DNA from: Tricharina praecox
Taxonomy: Eukaryota
Assembly (NCBI RefSeq): GCF_024521635.1
Contig: NW_026250420.1
Location: 248,001-312,000, forward strand
Direction: 5' to 3'
DNA: 64,000 nucleotides
Position numbers and translations under genes: made by a program. Below, one piece after another: positions 1 through 13,978 of the stretch. The notes beneath the pieces were generated by a model. That model was not told the origin of the DNA. It saw only the letters and a program-made list of their open reading frames with translations, and ran no database searches. How positions within the stretch are numbered: the stretch's first letter is position 1; each line of letters starts with the position of its first letter.

Positions 1-813
1 ACAGGTCAGTTGATTGGACGAGAAACCGAACGTGTGGGGTAAGGCAGAGTCGTGTCCATGATATCCCATAATTCGCCAGGTCCTCGATTAACCCCACCAG
101 TCCACCGCATCATGGGTGCTGACCGACAACTATTAGAAGCAGGTATCACGGGCCAACCGACGACGAAAGCCTATGGAGATCATGATTGGGCTCCACGAGC
201 ACGCCGTCTGACGACCTACAGAGCCGCTTGCGATACGTACATCTGCCGATATGCATGGCGGCGGCATGTCTCTGAAGTACGTAGGGACGGCAGGCTGGTA
301 TGTACGAGCGATCATGAATATCTGGCCTACATATCGAGGACACCCATTCCCACCAAAACAGAACGCCCACACACACACGCGCACACACATACACAGCTAA
401 AGTTGAGCTGGAAGCAGAGACAATCACCCGGCAACACCGTTGGCCATGGCTTGCCTCACAGACCAAAACTCTTCAAAGTACACATGTTCGCCGTTATGCA
501 CTCGAATCGCAGGCGCTCAATACGGCGAGAGATGCGGATAGGTAGATATGCAATCGGACTACCCAGTAGGATGCGTCCTTCGCCAGCAGCCGTTCCATTC
601 ACCATGTGGATGTGGAGATAGGCGTAGAGTCGACTCAGTCGAGTAGATAAGTCGCCTCGGGCCTGGCCATATGTACATGGAATGCGAGGATCGTTGCTCG
701 CGTGTCACCAAATGTGCGTGTAACCAACCGGCATGGCGGAACAATTTTTCGGGGCTTGGCAATGAATTGGCACTCGCAAACTCGTCTCCCATCAACAACC
801 CGACTTCGACAGC

Positions 814-822
814 ATCTGATAA
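814..822 (+). promoter_or_regulatory. ATCTGATAA, SreA/Urbs1-type extended GATA site upstream of ARG2
   Basis: Exact match to ATCWGATAA, about 170 bp upstream of the predicted ATG at 988. Confidence 0.4.
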
Positions 823-987
823 CGGAATCGCAGGTGGTCGCCATAACTAGTCTAGTGAGGCCGTCTGCGACAATAAATTGATTATCTCTCTCTATTCCGG
901 AATCGCTGCCATAGCTTCTTCCCCCCGCAGTGAAGTGAGTGTGCTTGTTGCGCGCGGGACGCCCCACTTCCCCGCCTCCAATCGATC

Positions 988-3075
988 ATGGGGCTGTCCG
1001 TGAGGAGATCGGTGCTCAATGGCAAGCTATTCGCCGTTTCTCACAGGCATATCGTACGTCGGATCAATGCCCCGAAAGAACGAGAGACGGATTGAGTCGC
1101 AACGTTCAAGCTCTCGATTGCTAACGGTTGACTGACTCCACAGCTATCTACCGAGGAAGCCAAAAGCCAGTCGAGAAGTTACACGGACGGCAAGCGGTCG
1201 GGGAACCCAGAGGCTTTGCCGCGGGGTGGGTCAGTTAACAACGTTAGGGACGACAGGGTTGGTTGGCTGAGCCCGTCGTGACATTGAGGCATTGGCTGAC
1301 ACGATCGACAGGCAGAACTGCAAGATTTCTACCTTTCGATCCTCAGTGCAACCGCCAGTCGACGCGATGCGCGATCCTACCTCAAGCGCTTTACCCTGCC
1401 GCCGGTGACTCGACTCCCTTACGCCGGACTGGCGCCCAGGACCCCAGAGAAACCCGCCCTCTCTCCCAAAGCCTTCAACAAGCCGGATGAGACACACGTC
1501 AATGGCCCCGCCTACAATGCCGTCGCTCTGAAGCCTTCGAGCTCTCCCGGGTTGGGCAATCCGAGGCTCTTTGCTCCCAAGATCACCGACGAAGAGCTCC
1601 ACATTGCGCTCGTCAAAGTCCGGGATATCGACAGCATTGCGGATGACACTCTTCAAGGCGTGGGTCGCACACTGGAGAGTCTGAAACGGCTAGGCCTCAC
1701 GGCGGTTGTGGTGCTGGATGAGCCCGATAACGGCAGCGGATGGCGAGCGGAAACGGATGCACGAGCGGACCGCATTGTGTCCGCCATCGAGAAATCACGG
1801 GGAAGGGCCCGACGGATTGACGATGCTCTCACCATTTCGGCCGAATCCCTCTCGGTCTCCCTTCCTCAGCTCATTCTGGCCCCATTAAGCCGCGGCGTGA
1901 TACCGATACTCTCTCCCCGCGCCTTCGATCCGGTCTCTCACAGGCACGTCGCAGTCGATGCCAATGATATCATCAGCACGCTCACCAACCTCTTCTCCTA
2001 CCGCCCTCCCAGCTCCTCGGAATCTCCCATGGCCCAACCCATCTCCCTGGACCGCCTCATCTTCCTCGACCCGTTGGGCGGCATCCCGGCCCCCGATCGC
2101 CCAGCAGGCGCCCACGTCTTCGTCAACATGCAACAAGAATATCCCGAGATCGCCGCCAATCTGGAGGCCGACGGTCACCTGCACCACCTAAAGTCACTAC
2201 AGACGCTGCGCTCCGCACTAGCCGTTCTCCCCCCCACCACATCAGCCGTGATCACCACACCCGCAGCGGCTGCCGCCGCAGGCGCGAAGCTCCCGGAACC
2301 CAACAGTCCCCGCATCAAGAACCCCCTGATCCACAACCTGCTCACCGACAAGCCTATCTTCTCCTCCTCGCTCCCGACCGCGACCTCGCCCTCCACACAA
2401 ACCACGCTGCTAAAGCACGGCACGCCGCTGCAAGTATTCCCCTCCGGCACGAAACTCACCTCCCCAGACGTGGACCTTCGCAAGCTCGTCGCTCTGATCG
2501 AGGACTCATTCGGCAAGACGCTTGACGTGGCACACTACTTGGCGCGCGTGAACTCGCACATCGCGGGGCTCATCATTGCCGGCGACTACGAGGGCGCCGC
2601 AATCGTCACCTGGGAGACCCCGCCCGGAAAGCCACACGCCCGCGTCTGCTACCTCGATAAGTTCGCCGTCGCCAAGAGAAGCCAGGGCGTTGGCGGCGTC
2701 GCGGATGTGGTCTTCAAGGCTATGGCTGCGGGAGTGCGCCCTGGCGGCCTGTTTGAGGGCGTCGAGGGAATCGTCTGGAGGAGTAGAAGGACGAATGTCG
2801 TTAATAAATGGGTATTTCACCCCCCCCCCCCCCCCCCAGCACTGAAGACGGACAATCGCTAAAGATAGATAAATCATACGCAGTACTTCGAGCGCGCAAA
2901 AGGAACGTGGAAATTCCCCGGTGCGGGCGATGCCTGGACGATGTTTTGGACTACCGAGGATGTCAAGGTCGGGATGCAAAGGTTTGCGGATTACGCGGAT
3001 GTGTGTGCGAGTATTCAGCCGAGTCTGAGGGATCGGGGAGGGAAAGGAGGGGAGGGAGGGGAGGGAGGTAGGTAG
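988..3075 (+). CDS. ARG2: Mitochondrial amino-acid (N-acetylglutamate) acetyltransferase; exons 988-1053, 1144-1257, 1312-2811, 2884-3075
   Basis: The spliced frame gives an Arg-rich N-terminus, DFYLSILSATASRRDARSYLKRF, RLIFLDPLGGIP, NPLIHNLLTDKP, YLDKFAV, WRSR..NVVNKW|YFERAKGTW and MFWT, all motifs of the fungal NAGS/NAT (DUF619) family. All three introns are GT-AG and phase-consistent. Confidence 0.93.
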
Positions 3076-3654
3076 CGGGTGGTGCGGGTGGGGCGGGCGA
3101 GGGGTGTGCGAGGGGTGTGCGAGGGGTGTGGACTGGATGTGCTGTAGGTATATTGAGGAGTTGGGGGTGTCTTGAGGAGTTGGGGTGGAGTGGGCATGAG
3201 ATGTCACTCGGTTTCGCGATATTGACAATGGTCATACGGATTTCGGGGAATACTTGTGCTGGTGGTAGCCATATACCCTACTATAGCCATATCAACAGTC
3301 GGTACCGCCCATCTGTAGAATGTATGCACGCGCCTTCTCGGTCCGGCGGGGCTGCGGGTGCGGATGCGGGTACTTACCGGACCAAAAGGGAGGGAGGGAG
3401 GCTGCTGGGAGCTGAATGGTCCATCCCGCACGACGAGGAGGAGGAGAAGTTGTGTGGCGCTGCAGAATTGGATGGGCGGGAGGGGAGGCATCATTCACCC
3501 TATCAAATTATTCGCTCCGGAGGGGAGAGGAATCATCCGTAACGTGAATGAGAGCTCGAACATTATTCATGTAAAATCACTCGCTTGCTGCGTAGTTGCG
3601 GGGTCAGGTCAACTTTCAACCGTCACTTCGCGCTTGGCCAGTCCCTGATTGGAA

Positions 3655-3712
3655 AAGTTGGTGGAGTTGGCGGAGTTGGCACAGTTGGCACAGTTGGGAA
3701 AGTTGGCGTTGG
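3655..3712. repeat. Degenerate 9-bp tandem repeat (GTTGGCACA/GTTGGCGGA)
   Basis: gttggtgga gttggcgga gttggcaca gttggcaca gttgggaaa gttggc. Confidence 0.7.
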
Positions 3713-6700
3713 ATGTGGCATGTGAAAAACGATTGACGATTGAGCGGAAAAGACAGTGGCGTTCGAACTTTGGACTTCGGGCAGTGAAGTAGCGTTGCAA
3801 GTTTCAATTCCTTCATCGCGATGAGGAACCCCCGCCTTTGGGAGCCTACGCCTACAAGAGAGCACTGATGGCATAGCTTCTATCATACCTACGACAACCT
3901 CGATGCCCGGAGAAGTTTTTTCTTCCGTTTCCGTATCAACTCCCACTTCATTGCATTACATTCGGCCGCGAATAGCTGGACTAGACTGGACTGTACTCCT
4001 GCGGATGCCCTCCGGCGTCCGCAGAAGTGCCCATAGAACTGGACTTATAGCCTCAGGTGCATCAACATCGCACGCTCCGGTTCTATCTACCTATCAGAAA
4101 AACCATATACCTATAGCTCTCGGGCCAAACTTTCTAGATCTTTCTACCTCTACATCTACCCACGGCTGTGGCAACGGAAAGGACCCGACGCTAGCGATAA
4201 TATCTGTCGGCTTCTATATGTACCATGAGGTATGCTGGTATGTACAAGCCCCAAATCCTTCACCACCTCGTCGTCGTCGGGGAGCGGATGGATACCCATA
4301 GTACCTATAGGATGTACCTATATATTTCCCCATGTAGGTAACTTCAGTACTCGCCATGTAATCCAATCCAATCCCATTTATCTTCTGAGGCCACACCAGT
4401 CCCGGGCCTAGGTAACTAAGCATGTCCTTTTGTCATTTTGTCCCTTTGTCCCTTTTTATTTTCCAGATTCTTTTGGATTAGTTAGCGAACTTCCATCCCC
4501 CCCAACCCCAACCTAACCCCAACCCCTCAGCCAGCCAGCCAGATGTGGGATTCCCACGCGGAAGCGAAGCTTCGGCCGCCAGCATTCCGTTGGTCTGTGG
4601 TCTGTGGTCTGTGGTCTGGGCGAGTGGATAGGTACTTGCTTAGGTACTTACCCCGCACCACCGGTGGATACCTTTGTACGGGGGTAGGAGGTAGGTGGGT
4701 AGGTTGGTTGGGGGGTGGTGTATGTAGGGTGGTGGTGGTGTAGGGTGGTGTATACAGGGCAAAATATATCACTCTGGAGTCTGGCTTCATGCGTAGTACC
4801 TAGGTAAGTACATACCTCTTACATAGCGTATCCATAATCCAGCCAGCCATGGCCCATGGGGCCACGGAGTTTGGATCACCCTACTACGTAGGTACAGAAG
4901 CCGAGTGAAGGCGGGGAAAGCAGAGAGAAGGGCGATGATGCAAGAGTACATACCTTACACACCCAAGTCCATCATAGAAGGGTCTTGTCCTCCGGAAGCA
5001 TCCGCAGTCCACCTCGGTACCTAGCATCTTTCGGGCACGCAGGAGGGCATCTATCCACCGGCCTATCCACCTATCCACCTAGTCAGTCAGTAGAGCCAGG
5101 CCGGGCACTCTTGTACCTACCCCATCCGTATGCCCAAAATCCTCACTATCCTCGCCATCCTCCCCTCCTTCCCTCCTCGCCCTTCCCCTCCCCGCCCTTT
5201 CCCTCCCCTCTCCCCTCCTCCCTATGTATGACATCTTTGTTTCTTGGTATATAGGCTCATACATACCTGGTAGTTAGTTTCAACCAGCATCGTCATCCTA
5301 TCGATGTACGGTACCCCTCCACACCCCACCCCGCCCCACCCCACCGCGAAACCCCGCCCGCCTACTTAATTTTCTTCGCAGGGCAAGGATTCCCATGGTA
5401 CCGGCACCACGCTAGGAGGTCGCAATAAAGTTGCCTTCGGTCTTTTGGTTACTTTACGTATGTACGGCACCACCGTAAAGTGCGTGCGTGCGTGCTTCCG
5501 GATTCCGAACAGCCGACTTCCACCGCTGGAGGGATGCTAGTTGTGGCTGGCTGTGGCTGGCGAGGGAGGAGGGGAGAGGGGGTGAGGGTGAGTGATGGTG
5601 TGTGATGAGCTAGAGCCTACATACCTACGTAGGAACCTGGGGTGGGTGTCAGCGACGAATCAGCGGGAATTGCGAGAGAGTTTGCGTACCATGATTCGGA
5701 GGTGTGCCACGTACGTTGTTTGTACTCTACCTAGGGTAGTGGTAGTATATTCCCCAGCTCCATCGAGACGAATATCGAATCTTTAGGTGTGTACAGTACT
5801 GCCAGGATAGCCTCGTCCGCGACTCCGCGATGTCGTCACCCCGCTTCTAGGTACCGGTACTCTAGTAGTCATCGTCAATCAAATTCGAGATACTCATCGG
5901 AAGTGGCGAGAATAAATCTCAACACACACCACCGTATCGCAAGGGCGCCCCTTCGCATCTGCGAAGCCCTTGCAGGATCTTTGCTCTTCCTACTATCGCA
6001 TATCGAAACCGCTCTGCACAATCCGCGCAGACGCGATAGACGCCCTCCCGCTCCCGCTTAGTCAACCATGGCTTCAGAGTCCAGCATTGTTGCTAGACCG
6101 CTCCCCCCCTTTTCCGTTTGTCGGTAACTGGAGACGCCGATTCCCAGGACACACTTGAACGCCGTAGGGTGGTCGCCATAGGTAGTCTAGGTAGTAAAGG
6201 CCGCATGCGACAATAAATTGATGTTCTCTCTCTCTCTCTCTCTTGAACGCCGTAGACTCCAGAGTGCGTGGGTACATAATCTGAAACCCCAAACCCGAGC
6301 GCGCGGCGCGTTCCACATAGAGGTTTCTATTCCGGCGCGGGTATGTATGTAAATCCAGCACCCTACGTAGAGTAGAGTACCGGTATTGATAGTAATCCTC
6401 CCCACCCGGCCAGTGGCCACCCCTGGCTGGCCGGCCTTCTTGGGTCTTGACACGGTTCATCGACCCAGAAATCCGGTTCGGTTCTGCGACATGTGATGTG
6501 ATGTGATGTGATGTATCATAGAGTAGAGTAGAGTAAGTAAACCCTTTCCCGGGTCAATAGGCAAAGAAAGAAAAAAAAGGGGGCGGGCTCCACCATCGAC
6601 CCAAGAGGTCCCAAAACTTCATTTCTCGGTGTCTGCAAGTCCCATAGGTAGCAGCATGGCATGGGACGGGGGTGTGCGCACTCATACATCCATCCATCCA

Positions 6701-7942
6701 TCCAGTCCAGCACAGCACCCAACAGAAGAAGAAAAAAAAACAGTATCCCGCGAACCCTCAGATCGCTCTCACAAATTTAAATATTGCAAAGGACAGAAAA
6801 AGAAAAGAAAAGAGAAGAAAAAAGAAAGGAAAAAGGAATGGTGGACTGGAGTGATACCCACACTACTATACTCCTTGGCGATGCCTGATGGTTGATGTGA
6901 TGGCTGGCCTCCCACGGCGCCGCGCCCGTATCGTCGGAATGGAGAAGGGGGAGGGAAGGTCCCAACGAGGTGGTGGGTGGTGGGGTATGTCCCGGTGGGT
7001 TGGTAGCGTAATTGTCCCCCCTCCCACCTCCCCCCTCCCTCCTGTGTGCTCAGTTCAATAATTCATTCAACCGACCCCACCGAAATGCTTTGTCCTCTTT
7101 CCTGATCCACCACTTCTCGTGCAACTCGCAAAGGGTGTGCAAAGATGTGCAAAGGTGTGCAAAGGTGTCATGTCATCTAGATGCATCCGCCGGCCGCCCC
7201 AAACAAAGTCCTCACTTTTGCCCTTTGGTTGCGCACAATTGGATTTGTCCCCATGCCCGCAGGGAAAACCCGTTCGTTCCCACGCATCTGAGGCTTGAGC
7301 TCGATGGGAAAATCTGCTCACGACACGACTCCGCGCTGCCGTTGAGTGAGAGAGAGAGACGTATCAGATATCATATCCGCACCTGCAGCCAGGCCAGCCA
7401 GCTCGACCACCCCAGATGTCTGCTGCCTTGCAGGCCTATGTAGAGTAGAGTAGTTATCGGATCCGAAAGGGGCTTACGTGTGAGAGTGCCGCCCACGTGT
7501 AAATCCAGAATCGTGACACCTGCCGGTTCAGACGGACAGACAGACAAGGACGACGGGTCGACGGCTGAGCTGGGTACTTCCACTCTAGAGTATCGTATCT
7601 TCAAGAAACGGCATCAAACCGAGCCAGGGTGATCCCCGAAAAAGAAAACCCAGCCGTCATCAAGAAGATATCTCCTCATATGGGCAACGTGACGCCGGCA
7701 TGCCCCTCCCAGTCACCCGGGATACTCTGATGGTGGGGATCTGGAGTTCCAGTGCAATGGTTGCGGATATGATACTAAGGAAAGCTTGAGAGGAGAGCAG
7801 ATGCATAGAGTACGGCCTCTACCTTCTCTTCCCAGTATGGTCGTACATATCGTGCTCAACCCATCCCCGCGGATTCACCCTAATCACCTCCATGCTCGGC
7901 ACCATCATGACATGTGGGAGGGCAACGACATCAAGATCGGCC

Positions 7943-8401
7943 TTATGATTCGCCGCAATTGAGTTCCCACTGCTGCGGATACTTGATAGGCTGACGGCAG
8001 GGACGAGGCTGTAGCAAACGGGACCGGCCGGAGGATGGCTGCACTTTGAAGAAAGTCACGCTCGATGAATGCTCGCATCCGATGCATTTCTCGTCGTTGT
8101 AGTAGGTATGTAGCTCATGTCGTAAGCGGTGAGCAGGTAGCCTAAGCGTGAGAGTGTCTCGGGCTCTTTTGAAACGCCTCTCTGGGGACATGACGGAGAC
8201 TGTCAGGATACACCGAGTACATAGGTAGGTACCGATGATCCAAGTTGTCAATTCTCCCTCGCGGCTGGTTGTTCCGATCGAAAGATGGAGAGCGTGCTCT
8301 ACGAAGGCCCGTAGAGTAGATTGCTTCGATGTGGGAAGTGGGCGTTGGCGAGAATTCATGCTGCCGAGGCTGATGCGGGGGTTCGTGGTTGCCGTTGCCA
8401 T
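7943..8401 (-). CDS. Possible small orphan gene with an optional 51-nt intron (8232-8182)
   Basis: ACAACAATGG start context and a GTACCT...CTGAC...CCCAG in-frame intron candidate; no recognisable domain. Confidence 0.2.
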   Translation of the reverse strand: MATATTNPRISLGSMNSRQRPLPTSKQSTLRAFVEHALHLSIGTTSREGELTTWIIGTYLCTRCILTVSVMSPERRFKRARDTLTLRLPAHRLRHELHTYYNDEKCIGCEHSSSVTFFKVQPSSGRSRLLQPRPCRQPIKYPQQWELNCGES

Positions 8402-11400
8402 TGTTGTCGTGAGGATGGGAACATCAAGGAAGCTTCGAATAACAATCGGTAGTTCCACATTGATTGGCGCTCGTGGCGGTGGTGGTAGGTGGTACATCAA
8501 ACCTCGAGCTCCCTGTCAACTCCACACCCCCATCTCACAGAATGGTGGTAAAAAAGCAGTCAATAAAAATCAGCCCTCACCATCTTCCGCCCACCTGCAA
8601 CCCATCACGCCAACTCACCCCGCTCTTTTTTGTTCGCTGAAGTGGGTGTGTTGGAAGGGAATGGAAGGGAGGGGAGGGGAGGTGAGGGGGCAGGGCCAAA
8701 CCAGGTCCATGGGAAATGTTTCCCACACACCCACACATTCCAGTTCCCTGTGATTCGTCAGGTTCCATGTTTTTGTTGTTTCCCATGTTTATTGCCCGTC
8801 CACCCACCACCGTCCACCCTCCATCCACCACATACCCACCCACACCCGACAATCAAGAAAAGGTTTTGTGATTATGATTTAATCGGGCAAGGCGGGAAGC
8901 GGATAGGAGAGGATGTGTGAGATGGAGGGGGTGCTTGTGTGTGTGTGTTGACGTTCATCCGAAACCCGCTTGGTGGGATGGATGGGACCCAGCCGATCGG
9001 TTCCATTCCAACCTCGCGCTTTTCTTTCGCTGCATTTTAGAGAGCGACCTGTAAGTACCATAGGTAGCATACTGCACCCAAGATTGCAATTGAAAAGCCG
9101 CGAATAATAGAAAAAAACATCCATCTCGTTTCGTTCGCATGTGGCCGTATGTAAACATGTTCGAGTTGTTTGGGGTTCCTAATGCAGGAGTGAGTAAGGA
9201 AATGAATACTCAATTATGTACATGGAGTTACATGCATACCTACATATCTCGAACAGAAGACCATGGAGGAGGAATCATGCATGCGCAACGCGAGTGGACC
9301 GCGAAAGACGGAAGGAAGCCGGACTGCTGCGAGGAGGAAGTGCGGAAGAGACAGAGGTGCGTGCGTGCGTGCTTGCGCTTGTGCTCGCGGTGCGAACCGG
9401 GCTGGCCAAGGCGAGGCGGATTCGCATAGACTTGTGGCTAACGTGGGCGGTTCGCATGTCCAGCCGTTTGTCTTGGGGGGTGGGGGGTCAGGGAGGAGGT
9501 GTTTCGAGTGTGGTTCGACACCACGGGAGGGCGTTAACTAAGATGCATTCGGAGCCGCTTCCGAGAGGTTGTGGACGGAGGGAGGAGTCAACTGTCAACC
9601 CTCCAGAGTCGACGGTTTGCACTTTTCAAGGGCTGCAGTGGGATGCATCGATCGAACGACAAACAGTCGGACTGGACTGGACTCGACGGGAGGTCAATAA
9701 CTTTGACGGCGTATGTAGGAATGCCAAGGGCGGTGGAATATATACGGTAGTAGTGCGTATGATGGCCGTAGGTAGTTGTAACTCGTAATAGTTTGATTGC
9801 CAGTGGAAACGCAGATGCGGAACATCCGTAGGTCCTCGACGGGGCCGGGTCGGGCCGGCGTGCTTCCAGCTAGGCACTCTATAGCCACAGCTCCGGGAGA
9901 GAAGAAGGCACGGGCCAGGAGATTCAACGAAGACGTAGGTATAGAAGGACATACAGACAGACAGACGAGAAGGTGGATAGGTGGAAAGGTGGGTGGATGG
10001 ATGGCAAAGACAGATGCAAAGACATATGCAAAGATGAGGAGCGGCAGGAGGACGGTTACGGAAGTGCAACAGTTGAATGCGAGCATGTGGATAGGTACTT
10101 ACGTCAGTCATGCTGGGCTGCTATGGTCCTGGCGAACATCCGAAATGCCAGGACTGGAAAGCCATACCCAGCCTACATATCCACCGGGCTTCGAACCAGT
10201 GGAATGCCTTCATAAACGTCCACCGCATGACCTCCTCCACTGGGCAAGTAGAGTAAGCTACCGGAATCGGAAAGGACGGATGGCTGGCTGGCTGGCTGGA
10301 CGACTCCTAACGGACATTTGCTATACGGACACACCAAGGGAGTGTGGGTGGGCATCAAAACGGGGAACAAAACACACGCTATCCCGATACTTTATGTACG
10401 CCTACTACGAGTATATGTCCAAAGAAATAGCACCCTCCCCCCCATCCCCCCCTCCCCCCCCAGTCAACCCTCGACCGGCTCAAGCATTTTAGAGTTCGAG
10501 GTAATATCATGCGGTGTGGGGGTGGTGATATTGGGCACCCGCTCTGCTAGAACTTCTCCATGAAGTCTAGTGAATAGCGAGTGGTACGGGTGCAGGAATC
10601 GAAGTCACGCCGCACATACCAACCACAGGAAAGGAGGATGGCAGAGTCGGAAATGATGCGCAGGAAAAACCTCTGCTCCAGCTCCGAGTACTGGTATATA
10701 GAGTACATACTTGACACAAATCTAATCGGTATGAGGCAGCGATGATCAGTGATCCCAAGTTGATAGGTCTCACCCGAAGCCCCGGTTGATCCGGATACCC
10801 CGATGCCCACTCCATTGGCAACATAGGTATGTAGGTACCTACCACGCTGCAGCAGGAGCGCCGGAGAGAACGCGGATTCGAAGCCATCGAGGTCAAGGCT
10901 GTGTCTGGACATCACGGTGGTGGTCCAGGAAAGGCATTTCGCCCAGGCCCTGAGGCGTGACACAGAATCCCGCCCTGGCACACCAGAGCCACCGACTGAC
11001 CCGAGGGGGTGCGCCGTGAATCCGGTCCGGTAGATAGCGTCTGACCGACCGCAAAACCACTGTGCATGGGTGAAAAGAACGGCGACCAGCAGCTGCTGCT
11101 ACGTGGTATGTATTGTACATGGTAGAGTGGATGCGGGCGTATGAGTTGGGTTATCCACGGCGTTTGTACATATCCTGCTGTCACTGGTCTACAAGGGTCT
11201 TGCGCGCAAACCACTGCTGGTCAACTTCAGCTTAGCTGCCGACAGCAGCTGCAACGAACGACCCTCCCACAGCCACCGTGGGGTTTGGCCCGACGAATCA
11301 GAGCTCAGAAGTCAAAAAAACCCCCGATCGTTGAGTTGGTTCACCTCATCTTTGACATCGGTACTAGAGCACCGTTTTCCATTCGATCTATCGAGATATT

Positions 11401-11735
11401 TCTGGTTCAGGAATCTTGGTCCGGGAGATATGCAGTACATTATCCTTTGTATGTATCTGTCAAGCAAACCGAAGAGCCATGGGGGGATGGGGGAGTGTAA
11501 TGTTCCTGGATGGATGCGCTGGTGATGACCGATGCGGCTATCACCCACAGCAGCTGCATCGGTTCTGAAAACCACGGGAGTTAGCCATGCCGAAATGAAG
11601 GATAGGGACGAGCGCATGGTGTTCGATGTGCGTATCATAACGGGACTATGGGTGGAGTAGTACGTCGTGCCATAGTCGTGTCCACATTCGGCCGTTTGTC
11701 CGCCGCCGTCGGTTGGTGAGAGAAGTTCGGAATCC

Positions 11736-11777
11736 CGTCCTCCAGGTCTCGTCCTCCAGGTCTCGTCCTCCAGGTCA
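11736..11777. repeat. 14-bp tandem repeat x3 (CGTCCTCCAGGTCT)
   Basis: Directly visible in the sequence. Confidence 0.8.
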
Positions 11778-12096
11778 CCCTCCCATCCCCTCCCGCCAGG
11801 TTTGCGACGACTGGGCAGCCTGCTCCATCTGCACTGGCGCGGATGTGCGTGTCGGCTTAGGGCCTTCTGGGACGAACGTTGTACGAAGATCCATATCTCG
11901 CAAAGTCGCACCGCGGGGGGTGGCGCTGCGGGAACTACCGCTCGACAACAGCCGTGGTGAGAGGCCTCGAGGGGAAAGACTGGGGAAGAGTGCCGCCGAC
12001 TGGGATTCCTTATCCACTGACTGCGGTGCGCAATAGTTGTGCTCCCGATTCCGAAAAGTCCAGGTTCACGTGACCAGGCGGCGCATTTTCGAATAG

Positions 12097-12196
12097 CCAA
12101 GTAACCAAGTAACCAAGTAACCAAGTAACCAAGCAACCAAGCAACTAGTAACCAAGCAACTAGTAACCAAGTAACCAAGTAACCAAGTACCAAGTA
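12097..12196. repeat. 8-bp minisatellite (CCAAGTAA)n with variant units
   Basis: ccaagtaa repeated, with ccaagcaa and ctagtaa variants. Confidence 0.9.
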
Positions 12197-13724
12197 TGCA
12201 CCGCACCTCGATTTCCGCAGTAGATGGGAATGTGTATAAATTTTCGTGCAGATGGTGGCCATCATCAGGAGTACCAATTATCCAAGGTGGATAATGGTGC
12301 ATTGCATGGCTGGCCGGATCAAGAGTCAAAGATGACCACTCCGTTCTCCTCGGCTGATATGCATGAGATCAAATGAGGGGGCGCTGGCCTGTAAGAGGGC
12401 AAGTCGAGCATTTGCCTGAGAAAAGGAATTACGACGAATAGCATCAATGGTGCGGTCACTAGAGTTCCGCCCAGACATCAGTCAGAACCGGGGTTGCCTT
12501 GCAGCCAGATGACGCCGTGAGAAGAGTAGCAGATGAAGAAGTCTTCGGTGCATCGTAGGGAACATATGTATGGAGTGGTGTGTGCGTGCCGTCCGTGATT
12601 GGGGAGGGGAAGGGGCGACGGAATTTGCCTGGATCCCAACTTCTCGGCTGCATTGCTATCTGGTATGTACATACCCAGGGCCAAGCTGGATGTGGGAAAT
12701 GCAGAGTAAGTAGTTAGGGTACGCCTCTGGGGGGTGCATGGCGCACCGTTGCGGCTTCAGATATGATACCTACCCGCACCAGCTCGGCAGCAAGTATCAT
12801 ATGTAGGTATAAGTCGGTCCTGGAGATGTCAGAATCGCCAGAGGCCAGGGTCACATCGGTCCGACCGGACTAGAGCGTTTGACTCGGGTAGTTAATTAAT
12901 CTCGTATGTACATATCTGATACCGGTACCACCGAGTCGATAGGGATGGGGTTGATTGTTCGTTCCGGACCGAGAGTCTCCTCGTGCACGTGGCTGTGCGC
13001 TACCGATCGGAAGCTAGAGGAAATTGAAATGGTTGCTTGCTGCAAGACGGCTGAGATCATCTCTGGCTGAACCTGTTTCTTTCTTCGGGTGACTGCTGGT
13101 CATCCGCCATGAATCGGACACACAGCGAATACGGTATCTCCGGTGCCGATGCCCATTCACTGCAGGCGATAGTTAACTACTTACCTAAGTAAGTACTTAA
13201 GTATGTAACTATAGGCATGCTGGCACACATGGCCAAGCGATGAGATGGAGACAGTAGCTGAACTCCGATAGGCTGGCCAATCCCAAAATCATCCGTAAAT
13301 TGGGGCCAGAAACCAAATATCCGTTTTTGTATCCAAGAGCGTTGTGGTGAAAACCAAAATACCGACAGGGGTGTGCCACGTCCTTCGGGGCGCTGTTCCG
13401 TGCGCGCAGTGGATTATAAAAAGAAAATTGTACCAATTTTGCGTACATGGAGTAAATTGATATCGAAACAAATTAGAGGTATAAATTCCATGTCCACGAA
13501 AAAAATGGTCCTGTTGATGTCGCCGAAAACACCTGGCCTCAAGGGGATGTTAGTGTATGGACGTTGTGCGGTCGCACACTGGGGTCAGCGCGGGGGGCCT
13601 GTGCACAAGATAAAATATCTATTGCGACTTCAGGTCACCTCGCTACCGAGCTGCCGGGTACGGAGAAAGACAACCGTCGAGCAGTGAACACGCTGAGAAT
13701 GCGTCAACCGCTTACGTGACGAAT

Positions 13725-13978
13725 TGGGTGATGGTGGTTGGTGTGGCGGCGGCGGCGGTGGTGGTGGTAACTAGTGGTGGTTGTGGTTGTGGTGGGTGGG
13801 CGGGTGGTGTTGATGGTGATGGTGGTGGTGATGGTTGTGGTAGTGGTGGTAGTGGTGGTGGTGGTGGTCATGGTAGTGGTCATGGTAGTGGTGGTAGTAG
13901 TGGTTGCAGTGGTGGTGGTCATGGTATGTAGTGGTGGTAGTTAGTGGTGGTTGCAGTGGTGGTGGTGGGTGTCGGTGG
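13725..13978. repeat. Degenerate (GGT)n low-complexity tract
   Basis: GGT/AGT/GAT triplets that produce spurious poly-G, poly-T and poly-H ORFs. Confidence 0.9.

Noticed and set aside
4500..4527. Telomere-like or telomerase-template CCCAAC/CTAACC tract
   Set aside because: Degenerate; no TAACCCTAA template or TTAGGG array is present.
11312..12277. 321-aa minus-strand ORF
   Set aside because: Its hydrophobic LLGYLVTW repeats are just the CCAAGTAA minisatellite and it also crosses the 14-bp repeat; no domain is recognisable.
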